NCBI GenBank assembly: GCA_963666875.2 | Contig: CAXXPU010000005.1 | Span: 21,463-85,462, forward strand | Direction of reading: 5' to 3' | DNA from: Candidatus Cloacimonadales bacterium | GTDB lineage: Bacteria > Cloacimonadota > Cloacimonadia > Cloacimonadales > JAIOQZ01 | DNA length: 64,000 nt | In this document: piece by piece, positions 45,269-54,925 of the stretch | Numbering within the stretch: position 1 is the first letter of the stretch | Layout of the letters: every line of letters starts with the position of its first letter | Translations under genes and position numbers: made by a program | The notes under the pieces: generated by a model | Seen by the model: the letters and a program-made list of their open reading frames with translations, nothing else | Database searches by the model: none | Told to the model about the DNA's origin: nothing

Positions 45269-48200
45269 ATGAGAAATTTTCGATTAATCAGTTTCGTACT
45301 CTTGTGTCTTGTCTTTGCGATATCGATAAGCGCCGAACAGGTAAAAGTAACCGAAGATACGCGTGCGGCCGTGACAACATTGGCTGCGCAAAATGTGGGC
45401 AATTTCGGCGCTTTGCTACGTGCGAATGTTTTGACGAGCAATACGTATCCTTGGGAAATCTACTTCGAATACAAGGTTTCTACGTACGGCGCTCAAGCTC
45501 AATATGTCTATGCTGAGCCGCGGATTTATCAGAGCGTAACCTCCCGCACATTGACTGCCGTCGTTGACGGACTGGAACCGGCAACGACGTATCGTTTTCG
45601 TGTGATTGCCAGCAGTCCCGGAGCGATTGTTTACGGAAGCTGGCTGACGTTCACAACGACCAATGTGACGACGTATATCACGGAAGGCTTCGAAACCCTT
45701 TTCCCTCCCGACGGTTGGGAGACGAACTCAAGCATGATACCTTATAATTGGATAAAGGCCGCACATTGTAACAATTTCCCTCATTGGAATTTTGGGAACT
45801 GGAATATTCCAACCGGCGTCGATATGGGGGATTATTCCGCATACTGCACGTATGAAGGCTTGGACAGACTCAGATGGACATCACAATGGCTCATTACCCC
45901 TCAGATCATGAATGTGCAGGCAGGGGACTCGATATCCTTCTGGTATGGTAACGCAGGTAGAAATTTCAGAGAGTATGTCGAGATTCGGTTGTCAACCACC
46001 GATAGCGACACCCTCTCCTTCACAACGGTTGTCGATACGTTCGACTACAATCAGAATGGAACATCCCAGATTTGTTGCTGGCGTTATGAATCGTACGACC
46101 TATCCGCATACGCGGGGCAAAATATCTATATCGCGATTCGGGAATCGGAAGATCGCTATTATCAAGTCAGAGCGAACATGCTCGATAATTTCACGTACAA
46201 GGGGAAAATGCCGCAGGTAGGTTTCCAGGCGAGTGAGAACACGGTTCCAGTCAACCAGTTCGTCAAGCTCACCGCAAAGGGTACATACAAGAGTGCGGAA
46301 TGGAATTTCGGCGACGGAACGACCGGTTCGGGGGTGACCGTCTCACACCAGTATTCTTCACCCGGATGGTATTCCGTGACAATGACGATAACCGGTCTCG
46401 ACGGCAATACATACACGATGACAAGACCGAACATTGTGCAGGTAACGAACAGCAATTGCACCTTCTCCGGCTCTCCCGGACTGGAAAGAGACGCGCTCCT
46501 GCCCGGTGAAACCAATGTTCCGCTGATCAAAATGAACGTGAAGAATCCCGGAAGCCTGGCGCAATACCTGACAAGCGTTACCGTCAACCTGACGTGCGAC
46601 GACCTGGCGGATCTGACGGCAGTCAAGCTTTGGAGCAACACTTCCAACTCTCTATCGAGCGCCACGTTGCTCGATACGAAGGATCCGGCATCCTCACTCA
46701 CCTATACAACCAATGTGACACTCAACGCGAACGCCACGAAATATTTCTGGATAACAGCGGATATTGCGTCGAGCGCGACGATCGGCAATACCATCCTGGC
46801 GACACTGCCGGTCAGCGGTGTAGCAGCCGGAGGTAACAGTTTCCCTTACATCGCCATCGCACCGGATACGCCCTGGATTGTTACCGATTATCAGGTAACT
46901 CTTCCCGAGAACGGCGCGTTTGCCGGCGGCGCAACCGAACTCGTCTGGGAATTCACCGACGGCGCCTCGTTCGACGGATTCAGCTTTAGCATCCAGGTCG
47001 ATGACGATCCGGCTTTCGCATCACCCGAGATCGACGTGAGCGGCATCGAAGCTTCGCGCAACTACGGCTTCTCGCAGGCGATCAGCGGACTTGCCGGCTA
47101 CGATTCTCTCGTCGATGGAACCGCCTACTACTGGCGCGTACAGGCTGCAACGACCTACGGCGCCGGAAGCTATACGGACGGCTCGAACTACTTCGTCTGG
47201 GACAGCGTCAATCAAGCTCCTTCCGTGCCGTCGGGTACATTCTCGCCTTCATCCGGTGTCGAGGTGACCAACCTCACACCGGTTTTCGCCTGGAGCTACG
47301 CCACCGATCCCGATGATGCCGTAGCCGACATCAAATACCGTATTCGCGTCGCAACCAATTCCAGCATGAATAATGTTATCCTCGCTGAATGGACGGTTCC
47401 CGGACAAAATCTTTATCAGTTCGGCACGGCGCTCGATGATGCGTCGGATTACTACTGGCAGGTTCGCAGCGCCGACCCGGCCGATCTCCGATCAGCGTTT
47501 TCAGAAGTTCAGCATTTCCGAACCAACACCGCCCCGGTGACGGCGACTTTGCCCTCACCGCTATCCCCTCCGGCAGGCGGAGGAACACAGACCTTCTTCA
47601 CGTATGGCAACGCAATGGCAAGCGTGAATTGGCTGTCCGGAGATCTGCCGACGGATTTGAGCCTGAGTTACGTCTCGAATAGCCGGTACCCGGGCGTCAG
47701 CGAGTTTGAGTTCATTTCCAATCGATACTGGATGTTCGAAGCGACGGGCGGCTCTTCATGGATCGCTACCGTACGTTTGTACTACAACGATGAGGATCTG
47801 GGTATGCTTCTCTCCGACGAATACTCCCTTCGGATGCTGAAAACGGAGAATAGTGGGCAGAGTTGGGATGAGGTGACCGTAACGAGTCGCAACACCGACG
47901 ACAACTGGATCGAGGGTAGCTTTTCCAGCTTCTCCGATGTGATCCTGGCCGGTCCGGATACGACACTTCCCGTGCAGCTCAGCAGTTTCACGGGTGTCTA
48001 TTCATCGGGGAGCAGCGTGAACCTGCGTTGGATCACCGAATCCGAATGCGGTATTTTGGGTTATCGCGTACTTCGCTCTGAGAACGATCTGCTGAGCAAC
48101 GCTTTCAATATGACTCCCGATCCGATCGCATCGGTCGGCGCTATCAGCACGTTCGAGTATTCCTGGATCGATACGGATCTCGACGGACAGGAGAAGCTGT

Positions 48201-48568
48201 GGTACTGGCTGGAATCGATCGAGTACGACGGCGGTTCGAATTTCTACGGACCGATTACGGTCTTGCTGCAGGATGGAGAGGATCCCGGCGATACGCCCGG
48301 TGTGAAATATGCGACTGAACTGACGGGCAACTTTCCCAATCCGTTCAATCCCATGACCACTATCAGCTATACTCTCAGCGAGGACGGCGTTGTGTACTTC
48401 ACCGTGTTCGATCTCAAGGGTCGAAAGGTGGAGCAGATGACGGTTAAGGGGAAGCGGGGTAATAATGCGCTAACTTGGGACGCAAGAGACCTTGCCACCG
48501 GTATCTATTTAATCAATATGAATACCGGGGACCGGAATCAAACCCGCAAAGTGATGTTGCTCAAATAG
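45269..48568 (+). CDS. Large secreted T9SS cargo protein (choice-of-anchor-J-like, PKD and Fn3-like domains, conserved pre-CTD module, sorting domain)
   Basis: Signal peptide MRNFRLISFVLLCLVFAISISA. GFETLFPPDGWETNS. PKD (WNFGDGTTGSGVTVSHQYSSPGWYSVTMTI). LPVQLSSFTG...WITESE...GYRVLRSE module. C-terminus GNFPNPFNPMTTISYTL...IYLINMNTGDRNQTRKVMLLK. Confidence 0.85.
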   Translation: MRNFRLISFVLLCLVFAISISAEQVKVTEDTRAAVTTLAAQNVGNFGALLRANVLTSNTYPWEIYFEYKVSTYGAQAQYVYAEPRIYQSVTSRTLTAVVDGLEPATTYRFRVIASSPGAIVYGSWLTFTTTNVTTYITEGFETLFPPDGWETNSSMIPYNWIKAAHCNNFPHWNFGNWNIPTGVDMGDYSAYCTYEGLDRLRWTSQWLITPQIMNVQAGDSISFWYGNAGRNFREYVEIRLSTTDSDTLSFTTVVDTFDYNQNGTSQICCWRYESYDLSAYAGQNIYIAIRESEDRYYQVRANMLDNFTYKGKMPQVGFQASENTVPVNQFVKLTAKGTYKSAEWNFGDGTTGSGVTVSHQYSSPGWYSVTMTITGLDGNTYTMTRPNIVQVTNSNCTFSGSPGLERDALLPGETNVPLIKMNVKNPGSLAQYLTSVTVNLTCDDLADLTAVKLWSNTSNSLSSATLLDTKDPASSLTYTTNVTLNANATKYFWITADIASSATIGNTILATLPVSGVAAGGNSFPYIAIAPDTPWIVTDYQVTLPENGAFAGGATELVWEFTDGASFDGFSFSIQVDDDPAFASPEIDVSGIEASRNYGFSQAISGLAGYDSLVDGTAYYWRVQAATTYGAGSYTDGSNYFVWDSVNQAPSVPSGTFSPSSGVEVTNLTPVFAWSYATDPDDAVADIKYRIRVATNSSMNNVILAEWTVPGQNLYQFGTALDDASDYYWQVRSADPADLRSAFSEVQHFRTNTAPVTATLPSPLSPPAGGGTQTFFTYGNAMASVNWLSGDLPTDLSLSYVSNSRYPGVSEFEFISNRYWMFEATGGSSWIATVRLYYNDEDLGMLLSDEYSLRMLKTENSGQSWDEVTVTSRNTDDNWIEGSFSSFSDVILAGPDTTLPVQLSSFTGVYSSGSSVNLRWITESECGILGYRVLRSENDLLSNAFNMTPDPIASVGAISTFEYSWIDTDLDGQEKLWYWLESIEYDGGSNFYGPITVLLQDGEDPGDTPGVKYATELTGNFPNPFNPMTTISYTLSEDGVVYFTVFDLKGRKVEQMTVKGKRGNNALTWDARDLATGIYLINMNTGDRNQTRKVMLLK

Positions 48569-48585
48569 TAAGAAATTTTCCGGAA

Positions 48586-48616
48586 ATACGGCAGCTGGAA
48601 ACAGTTGCCGTATTTT
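48586..48616 (+). terminator. Rho-independent terminator
   Basis: ATACGGCAGCTG-GAAA-CAGTTGCCGTAT (one G-T pair) followed by TTTT. Confidence 0.7.
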
Positions 48617-48796
48617 CATTCTGCTCGGTCAGAATGAGCGAATCAATCATTTTGACCGTATTATGAATATGAATCATTATGCAATTCATTGACTCCATTC
48701 ATCTATTTACCAAAATCTTATATCCATTCATGAATCGCTGAACTCAATGGCATCATTTTTGCGTCATTTCCGAAAAACACTGAAAACGCTGAAGGA

Positions 48797-50209
48797 GTGA
48801 TCATGAAAAGTACAATTCTGTTTATATTTCTCGTTATACTGGCAGCGACTTCTCTCTGTGCGGATTTTCGAGATGAAATGAAATCATGGGCAGCGACCAA
48901 AGAGGACGTCTCTGCACAAGATGTTAAAGATTGGGTTGACGGTCAACGCGATGCGGAAATCGATTTCGGTTCAGAATCGACGTATTACCTTACCTGCAAC
49001 AACTGGGCACGATACGTTGCGGTACTCAATGATACACAGTTTGCAGTATTTTCTGCAAACTCTCAGAGAACCTGGAGAACGTATGTCGGTACGATTTCCG
49101 GTACAAGCATTACCTTTGGTCCTCAAAGGTATATCACATACAACTCGTCATACAATTTCGACACACTCAATACGGATGTTGTGGCTCTGGATGAAACGCA
49201 TGTCATTGTTGCAATGAGAAGAGACGACAGCGAAAGGTATATCTACCTGTTCTCCTACGAGATTGTAAGCGATATGGTAATTTATCGCCAATACGGAACG
49301 CACTATGCCCCCGAAGATGGCGCAACAGGACCAAAACTCGGGCGAATCAACGACGATTACGGGCTTCTTATTTACAATACGGATACCGGGAATTACGGCA
49401 CGGTTTTCTACTTGAACAGCTCCAACTACATCTCATTATATTCCGAAACGAGTCTTAATTTGGGGTACAAAGTAAAGGATTTACAATTTGCAATGATGAC
49501 CGATTCGTTTTTCTTTGTGGCGGGGCATTATAAATACTACGATACAAGTACTCCTCAAAATATCTACGGCGTCGTAGGACAGATTTCCGGATCTTCGATA
49601 TCTGTAGGAAATGGATCTTTAGTTATGCAAAATGTCTCAAATGATTACTCAACTCTCAGGAAAGTACTGAGATTGACGCCGACAAAGGCAGTCGTTCTAT
49701 TCGAGCACATGAACAGAGATGGCGGGGGGCGTAATCGAGATATCGCTGCGAGAGAAGTCAATATTTATACAACCACATTCACGGTGGGTGCGTCTGCAGT
49801 TGTTACCCGATACGATGGCGTTACAACGTATCCACTTACATATCCCTATTTACGTGATGCATGTATTGTGAATAGTGAAAGGATGGTTCTCTTCTATTCG
49901 TATGAGAACATGGATGATACTAAATTCATCACACTGGACCTGACCTCGTCTGGGGAATTTGAGGTTGGTCCCGTCGTCGAGTTCGATCAGAGCATGAGGC
50001 TGTTTGAAGGGCAGGTTGGAGTTAATCTTTTCCAGATGAGTGAAAACCTTACTGTTTTCAACTATGGACTATCTACAGACAACTACGGACGCTGCATGAC
50101 GATGACACACAGTGATCCGCCCCCCCCTCCATCGACTGCTACCTTGTTATATCCAGTCAACAACGCGACAGGATTACCGCGTGACGTAACCGTTTCAATG
50201 GGAATATAA
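48797..50209 (+). CDS. Secreted hypothetical protein; N-terminal part of a frameshift-split T9SS cargo gene
   Basis: Signal peptide MKSTILFIFLVILAATSLCA. It ends ...PPPPPSTATLLYPVNNATGLPRDVTVSMGI*, in the middle of a repeat module that continues in the next frame. Confidence 0.75.
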   Translation: MIMKSTILFIFLVILAATSLCADFRDEMKSWAATKEDVSAQDVKDWVDGQRDAEIDFGSESTYYLTCNNWARYVAVLNDTQFAVFSANSQRTWRTYVGTISGTSITFGPQRYITYNSSYNFDTLNTDVVALDETHVIVAMRRDDSERYIYLFSYEIVSDMVIYRQYGTHYAPEDGATGPKLGRINDDYGLLIYNTDTGNYGTVFYLNSSNYISLYSETSLNLGYKVKDLQFAMMTDSFFFVAGHYKYYDTSTPQNIYGVVGQISGSSISVGNGSLVMQNVSNDYSTLRKVLRLTPTKAVVLFEHMNRDGGGRNRDIAAREVNIYTTTFTVGASAVVTRYDGVTTYPLTYPYLRDACIVNSERMVLFYSYENMDDTKFITLDLTSSGEFEVGPVVEFDQSMRLFEGQVGVNLFQMSENLTVFNYGLSTDNYGRCMTMTHSDPPPPPSTATLLYPVNNATGLPRDVTVSMGI

Positions 50210-50225
50210 TGGGACAAGCATACCC

Positions 50226-51755
50226 ATGATATTCTACGTTTACAAATATAGTGATACGTATGAGTACATCGGGTATTATTACTGGCAAGGATACACAACT
50301 TATTCAATGGTGATGCCGACTGCCGATTACGGCGAGGTTGTTCATTGGATGGTAGAATCGTATAATGAAGGTGGTTGGGCGCCAACAGCGTACGGAACCT
50401 ACACGACAATCTGGCTGCCCGATCCTCCATCTTCTCCCACCAATCTCTTCCCTGAAAACGGGGCATTCGACATGCCGCGTCAGGTGACAGTCAATTGGCG
50501 TTACGACGGCGAAGCCGATGTGACGGGCTTCCGCGTGTATAAAGACGATACGCAGGTTGGAAGCGATATCGCGTGGGCAGGAGATCAAAACTACTATCAG
50601 CAGATGCCATTGGCAAACTGGGATGAGGTCGTTAACTGGTATATCGTTTCCTATAATGATGGCGGAGATTGTACCTCACCGGTTACCTGGAGCTATACGA
50701 CGATGTCCGAACCTGCCGATCCGGATGAAGTGCCGGATGAGGTCGTTTATGAAGAGCTGGAAAACGTAACCGTTACAGAACCGCCGGTTGTTACTCTTCC
50801 GCCGATCACGCTGGGTGGAAGTTCTGTTCAACCCACATTCGATTTCACTTTTAATTCTGCTCCGGACATTCCTGTACTTAGCTGCCAGGTGATGGATCTC
50901 CCCGCGCATCCAGTGGGAAATCCCTCGGGATGCGGTGCAGCATTCACCGCGACATTCCCCGTCGGCATCGCGACCACCCTTACCTTCGATGCCGGTATCA
51001 GCAGTACGCCGACAGAACTCTATCGCTGGAACGGCAGCTTATGGGAAGACATCTCCGGGACTGCGACTTTCGGTGTCGGTACCGTGACCTTCACGCATAC
51101 TTCGACCAGCAGGGCCGATGAGGAGTTCATCATCAACGACGGCGAAGGGACGTTGCCTGTTACTTTGTCTTCCTTTACCGCTTCGGTGACAGCCTCCGAT
51201 TTCGTGATGCTTCAGTGGATCACCGAGTCCGAGAGTGAAATGCTTGGTTACAACGTTCACCGAAGCGAGACCGAGTCGCTGGAAGATGCGCTTCGAGTGA
51301 ATGCACAGTGCATCCAGGCGAACAACAGCTCCACGCAGAGCGAGTATAGCTTTATCGACGAGGATGTCGAGTATGACATGACCTACACCTACTGGCTCGA
51401 GAGCATGGAACTGAACGGACAGACTCGGTTCTACGGTCCGGTGACGGTGATATTGACAGAGGACGAAGAAGAAGAAAACACACCGGATGCGAACTATTCC
51501 ACAGCGTTTCTGAGTGCTTACCCCAATCCGTTCAATCCTGTAACCACATTGAGCTACTCAATCGTGAATGCCGGCATGGTGGAATTTACCATGTTCGATA
51601 TGAAGGGCCGCAAAGTGGGGCAGTTATCGCACAATGGACAAAAGGGTCGGAACACGCTCGTCTGGGATGCAGGGAATCTTCCATCCGGTTTATATTTCAT
51701 CCGCATGAAAGCTGGCGATCTCGAAGAAACTCGTAAGGTGATGCTTCTCAAATAG
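50226..51755 (+). CDS. C-terminal part of the split T9SS cargo gene (Fn3-like repeats, pre-CTD module, sorting domain)
   Basis: The frame is open from 50190 (PFQWEYNGTSIPMIFYVYKYSD...). The module PENGAFDMPRQVTVNWRYDGEADVTGFRVYKDD repeats the interrupted one. LPVTLSSFTAS...WITESESEMLGYNVHRSE. C-terminus AYPNPFNPVTTLSYSI...LYFIRMKAGDLEETRKVMLLK. Confidence 0.8.
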   Translation: MIFYVYKYSDTYEYIGYYYWQGYTTYSMVMPTADYGEVVHWMVESYNEGGWAPTAYGTYTTIWLPDPPSSPTNLFPENGAFDMPRQVTVNWRYDGEADVTGFRVYKDDTQVGSDIAWAGDQNYYQQMPLANWDEVVNWYIVSYNDGGDCTSPVTWSYTTMSEPADPDEVPDEVVYEELENVTVTEPPVVTLPPITLGGSSVQPTFDFTFNSAPDIPVLSCQVMDLPAHPVGNPSGCGAAFTATFPVGIATTLTFDAGISSTPTELYRWNGSLWEDISGTATFGVGTVTFTHTSTSRADEEFIINDGEGTLPVTLSSFTASVTASDFVMLQWITESESEMLGYNVHRSETESLEDALRVNAQCIQANNSSTQSEYSFIDEDVEYDMTYTYWLESMELNGQTRFYGPVTVILTEDEEEENTPDANYSTAFLSAYPNPFNPVTTLSYSIVNAGMVEFTMFDMKGRKVGQLSHNGQKGRNTLVWDAGNLPSGLYFIRMKAGDLEETRKVMLLK

Positions 51756-51782
51756 TGCGTCATTGTAAGAAGAATAATGTCG

Positions 51783-51808
51783 AACGGCAGCCAGAAAAGG
51801 CTGCCGTT
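51783..51808 (+). terminator. Hairpin terminator
   Basis: AACGGCAGCC-AGAAAA-GGCTGCCGTT followed by GTGTT (weak T-run). Confidence 0.5.
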
Positions 51809-52212
51809 GTGTTATGGGATGCAAGACATTCAGAAGTGTTGTCGGCATTTATGATGCCTGTATTTCATTTAATATGCTGCAATGTAAGGAAATGTACGAT
51901 GCTAAAATGCATGTGAATAAATAAACCGAAAAAAAACTTGCACGATTTTGTTGACGGAAAGATTTCGGGAAGTATTTTATTATTAGTTGTGATGAGGAGA
52001 CATCACTATGCATTATAAACTGACAATAAGCATTTTCACAAGAGGATACTCTGAACGAATAATTAATTATCATAAAAATTATAGTGATTTTCTTAAGGAG
52101 GGTGCGTCTGTGGGTTCATCCTCGATAAGAAAAGTTGTTTGGAGATAGCGGGTCGAATCTGAGGAGTCGATCCTATAGTTGACAAGAAACCAAACCAATA
52201 AAGGAGTTCACC

Positions 52213-53505
52213 ATGAAAACAAGTTCCCTTTTCATCATTATGATTCTTATCTCGACAGTACTTTTCGGTGCATCTGATCTTAAAAACTTCAACGACACCA
52301 GTGACCTCACAACGTGGTTCAACCCAGATCCGACCCCAGTGTTCACCAATATTGCAACGGGTGGAATTGGCAACACCGGTAATGTAAGCATTCCCTTGGG
52401 CAGTTTTGATGTCTGGACCGGTAACTACTCGTTTGGCCTTCCGAGTATTGGGAATCAGGCGATTCTGAGTGGATATTTCCTGATTGGTGGTAACAGCGGT
52501 TATTCAGGCTTCGGTCTCGCGACTGCGGACACCAATGAGATTAACAGTTCCTGCAATATTACGACATCTTATAGCTTGGGTGTCCAGTTCCATGGCGGTG
52601 GCGGAGCTTTCTTCAACGATACGCAATCTTACGAACTGGACTGGTTTTTTGGCGCAGGTGATCTGCAAGAGGGAAGCTGGTATCAAATCACCTTTACAAT
52701 TGATAGAACCGCTGAAAGCACGTTCGATCTCGAAATGGATATCTGGTTGTCGGATTCGGATGGTGTCCTGCAGAGTCGGCACACAATCCAAACGTGGAGC
52801 TGTACGAATACCAATATAAGCGCTGCAACGGAATTGTACCCGTATTTTTGCAATGGCGGCGAGCGTTCGATCAATATGGATAATTTCTACGTGGAAGCAG
52901 AAGACATCACCCTGCCGGTGACCATGTCTTCTTTCACTGCGACTCCCGCGGCCACGCTGGATGCTGTGACGCTGAACTGGGTCGTCGAATCCGAGACCGA
53001 CCACATGGGCTACAACGTTTTCAAGAGCGAAGACGATGTGCTGGCGAACGCATTCCGGATCAATACGAATATCATCGAATCCGGTGCGATGAACTACGAG
53101 TATGTCGATGTCGAAGTTGAAAGCGGTGCCACATACTACTACTGGATCGAAAGCGTCGATCTCAGTGGTTTTGCGACGATGTATGGACCCGCCATCGCGA
53201 CGATTCTCGAAGGCGAAGATCCAGGCGAAACACCGGAACTTACTTTCAATACAGAGTTTAGCGGAGCATTCCCCAATCCGTTCAATCCTGTGACCACCCT
53301 CAGCTATTCCTTGAATGAAGCCGGCGTGGCGACATTCACCATGTTCGATCTGAAGGGTCGCAAGGTGGGCGAGATGACTCAGCAGGGACATGAAGGAAGC
53401 AACCAGCTTACATGGGATGCACAGGACCTTCCGTCAGGAATCTACTTCATCCGGATGAGTGCGGGTGGAATGAATGAAACTCAAAAAGTGATGCTGTTAA
53501 AATAG
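52213..53505 (+). CDS. Secreted T9SS cargo protein with the same pre-CTD module
   Basis: Signal peptide MKTSSLFIIMILISTVLFGA. LPVTMSSFTATP...WVVESETDHMGYNVFKSE. C-terminus AFPNPFNPVTTLSYSL...IYFIRMSAGGMNETQKVMLLK. Confidence 0.85.
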   Translation: MKTSSLFIIMILISTVLFGASDLKNFNDTSDLTTWFNPDPTPVFTNIATGGIGNTGNVSIPLGSFDVWTGNYSFGLPSIGNQAILSGYFLIGGNSGYSGFGLATADTNEINSSCNITTSYSLGVQFHGGGGAFFNDTQSYELDWFFGAGDLQEGSWYQITFTIDRTAESTFDLEMDIWLSDSDGVLQSRHTIQTWSCTNTNISAATELYPYFCNGGERSINMDNFYVEAEDITLPVTMSSFTATPAATLDAVTLNWVVESETDHMGYNVFKSEDDVLANAFRINTNIIESGAMNYEYVDVEVESGATYYYWIESVDLSGFATMYGPAIATILEGEDPGETPELTFNTEFSGAFPNPFNPVTTLSYSLNEAGVATFTMFDLKGRKVGEMTQQGHEGSNQLTWDAQDLPSGIYFIRMSAGGMNETQKVMLLK

Positions 53506-53524
53506 GTTTTTCAGTTTCGATTGG

Positions 53525-53551
53525 CGACCGGGACAATCTCCCGGTCGTTTT
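53525..53551. terminator. Hairpin terminator between convergent genes
   Basis: CGACCGGGA-CAATC-TCCCGGTCG followed by TTTT. Confidence 0.7.
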
Positions 53552-53584
53552 CTCTTGAAGGCATGAATGACATGAAATGAAGGA

Positions 53585-54922
53585 TTACGTCTCTCTTCTC
53601 GGCAGAATTACAAAGAACCTGCTTCCTTTGTCCTCTTCGCTTTCTACCGCCAGGCGACCGCGATTCTTCTCCGCGAATTCCTTGCATAAAAGAAGGCCAA
53701 GTCCGGTGCCGGATTCGTTTTCGGTACCGCGCGTCGTAAAGTGTGAATCGATTCGGAAGAGGTTATCCAGGTCGTCCTTGTAAATCCCGACGCCGGTATC
53801 TTCCACGATGACTTCGATATAGTCTTCGCTTTCCATGCGGGAGATTGTAATCTTGCCCTCGCGATGTGTGAATTTAATCGCGTTCGAGACCAGATTTCGG
53901 ATGATTGTGCGGACCATATTCTTGTCCGCGAAAGCGTAATCTCCTTCTTCGAGCAGATTGATGACTTCGAGCTGTTTGTCCTGAATATTCGTTTCATACA
54001 GTTCAAGACATTCTTCCGCGATCTTGAACAGATCGATCTGCTCGGGGAAGAACGGCATTTTGCCGACCTGCGTTCTTGCCCAGGTCAGGAGGTCTTCCAG
54101 CAGGTTGGAGAGTCGCTTGGTCGAATCGGTCATGTTGTCGATCATGCTCTGCTGTTTCTGCGGTGGGAGCGTCGTGATCTTCTGCGAGAGAAATTCGCTG
54201 GTTAGCAGCAGGGCATTCAAGGGATTCTTGAGCGCGTGGGCGATGATGGAGAAGAATTTGTCCTTGGCGACATTTGCTTCCATGAGATTGTGCTCGGATT
54301 CCTCGAGCGCTTTATGGGCCTTCCGCACCTTTGTGATATCTTCCATCACGCCGATGATGCCGGCGACGCGTCCTTCCAGATCGTAGAAAACGGTCTTGTT
54401 ATAGATGATATCGTGCAGGTCGCCGTCTTTGTTCATGACCTTGGCTTCGTAGTGCTCGATTCCGCCGGATGCCATCAGTTCGCGATCCTGTTCCGTGTAG
54501 AAATCAGCCAGGTCGCTGGAGAAGAAGTCGTATTCCGTTCTGCCGATGATATCTTCTTCTTTTCGACCGAAGAAAGATTTGAAGGCCTTGTTGCAGCCAA
54601 TGTAGACGCCGTTGCGGTTCTTGTAGAATATGGGATTGGGGATATCGTCGAGTAGGATTTGCAGGAAACGGTATTGGGTCTTGAGTTCGTTACGCTGTTC
54701 CCGGATCTCGAAGTTCTGGTCGGTGATGAGCTGGTTCTTGCGTTCGAGTTCCGCGTTTGTCGCCTCGAGATTCTTCATCAATTCGAGGTACTTGTTCGCG
54801 GCGACCTCGTATTCGTGGCGTGTCATCGCAAGATCGTTGCCCAGGTGACGCAGCTTGGTCTCGAGCAACTTCTGATGCTGTTTCAGTTCATCGATAATTT
54901 GATCTTTGGTTTGTTCAGGCAC
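53585..54922 (-). CDS. Cytoplasmic sensor histidine kinase (coiled coil, PAS, HisKA, HATPase)
   Basis: PAS block (NPIFYKNRNGVYIGCNKAFKSFFG). H-box FFSIIAHALKNPLNAL. G-box GTGLGLLLCKEFAEKNRG. Confidence 0.85.
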   Translation of the reverse strand: MPEQTKDQIIDELKQHQKLLETKLRHLGNDLAMTRHEYEVAANKYLELMKNLEATNAELERKNQLITDQNFEIREQRNELKTQYRFLQILLDDIPNPIFYKNRNGVYIGCNKAFKSFFGRKEEDIIGRTEYDFFSSDLADFYTEQDRELMASGGIEHYEAKVMNKDGDLHDIIYNKTVFYDLEGRVAGIIGVMEDITKVRKAHKALEESEHNLMEANVAKDKFFSIIAHALKNPLNALLLTSEFLSQKITTLPPQKQQSMIDNMTDSTKRLSNLLEDLLTWARTQVGKMPFFPEQIDLFKIAEECLELYETNIQDKQLEVINLLEEGDYAFADKNMVRTIIRNLVSNAIKFTHREGKITISRMESEDYIEVIVEDTGVGIYKDDLDNLFRIDSHFTTRGTENESGTGLGLLLCKEFAEKNRGRLAVESEEDKGSRFFVILPRRET

Positions 54923-54925
54923 AGC

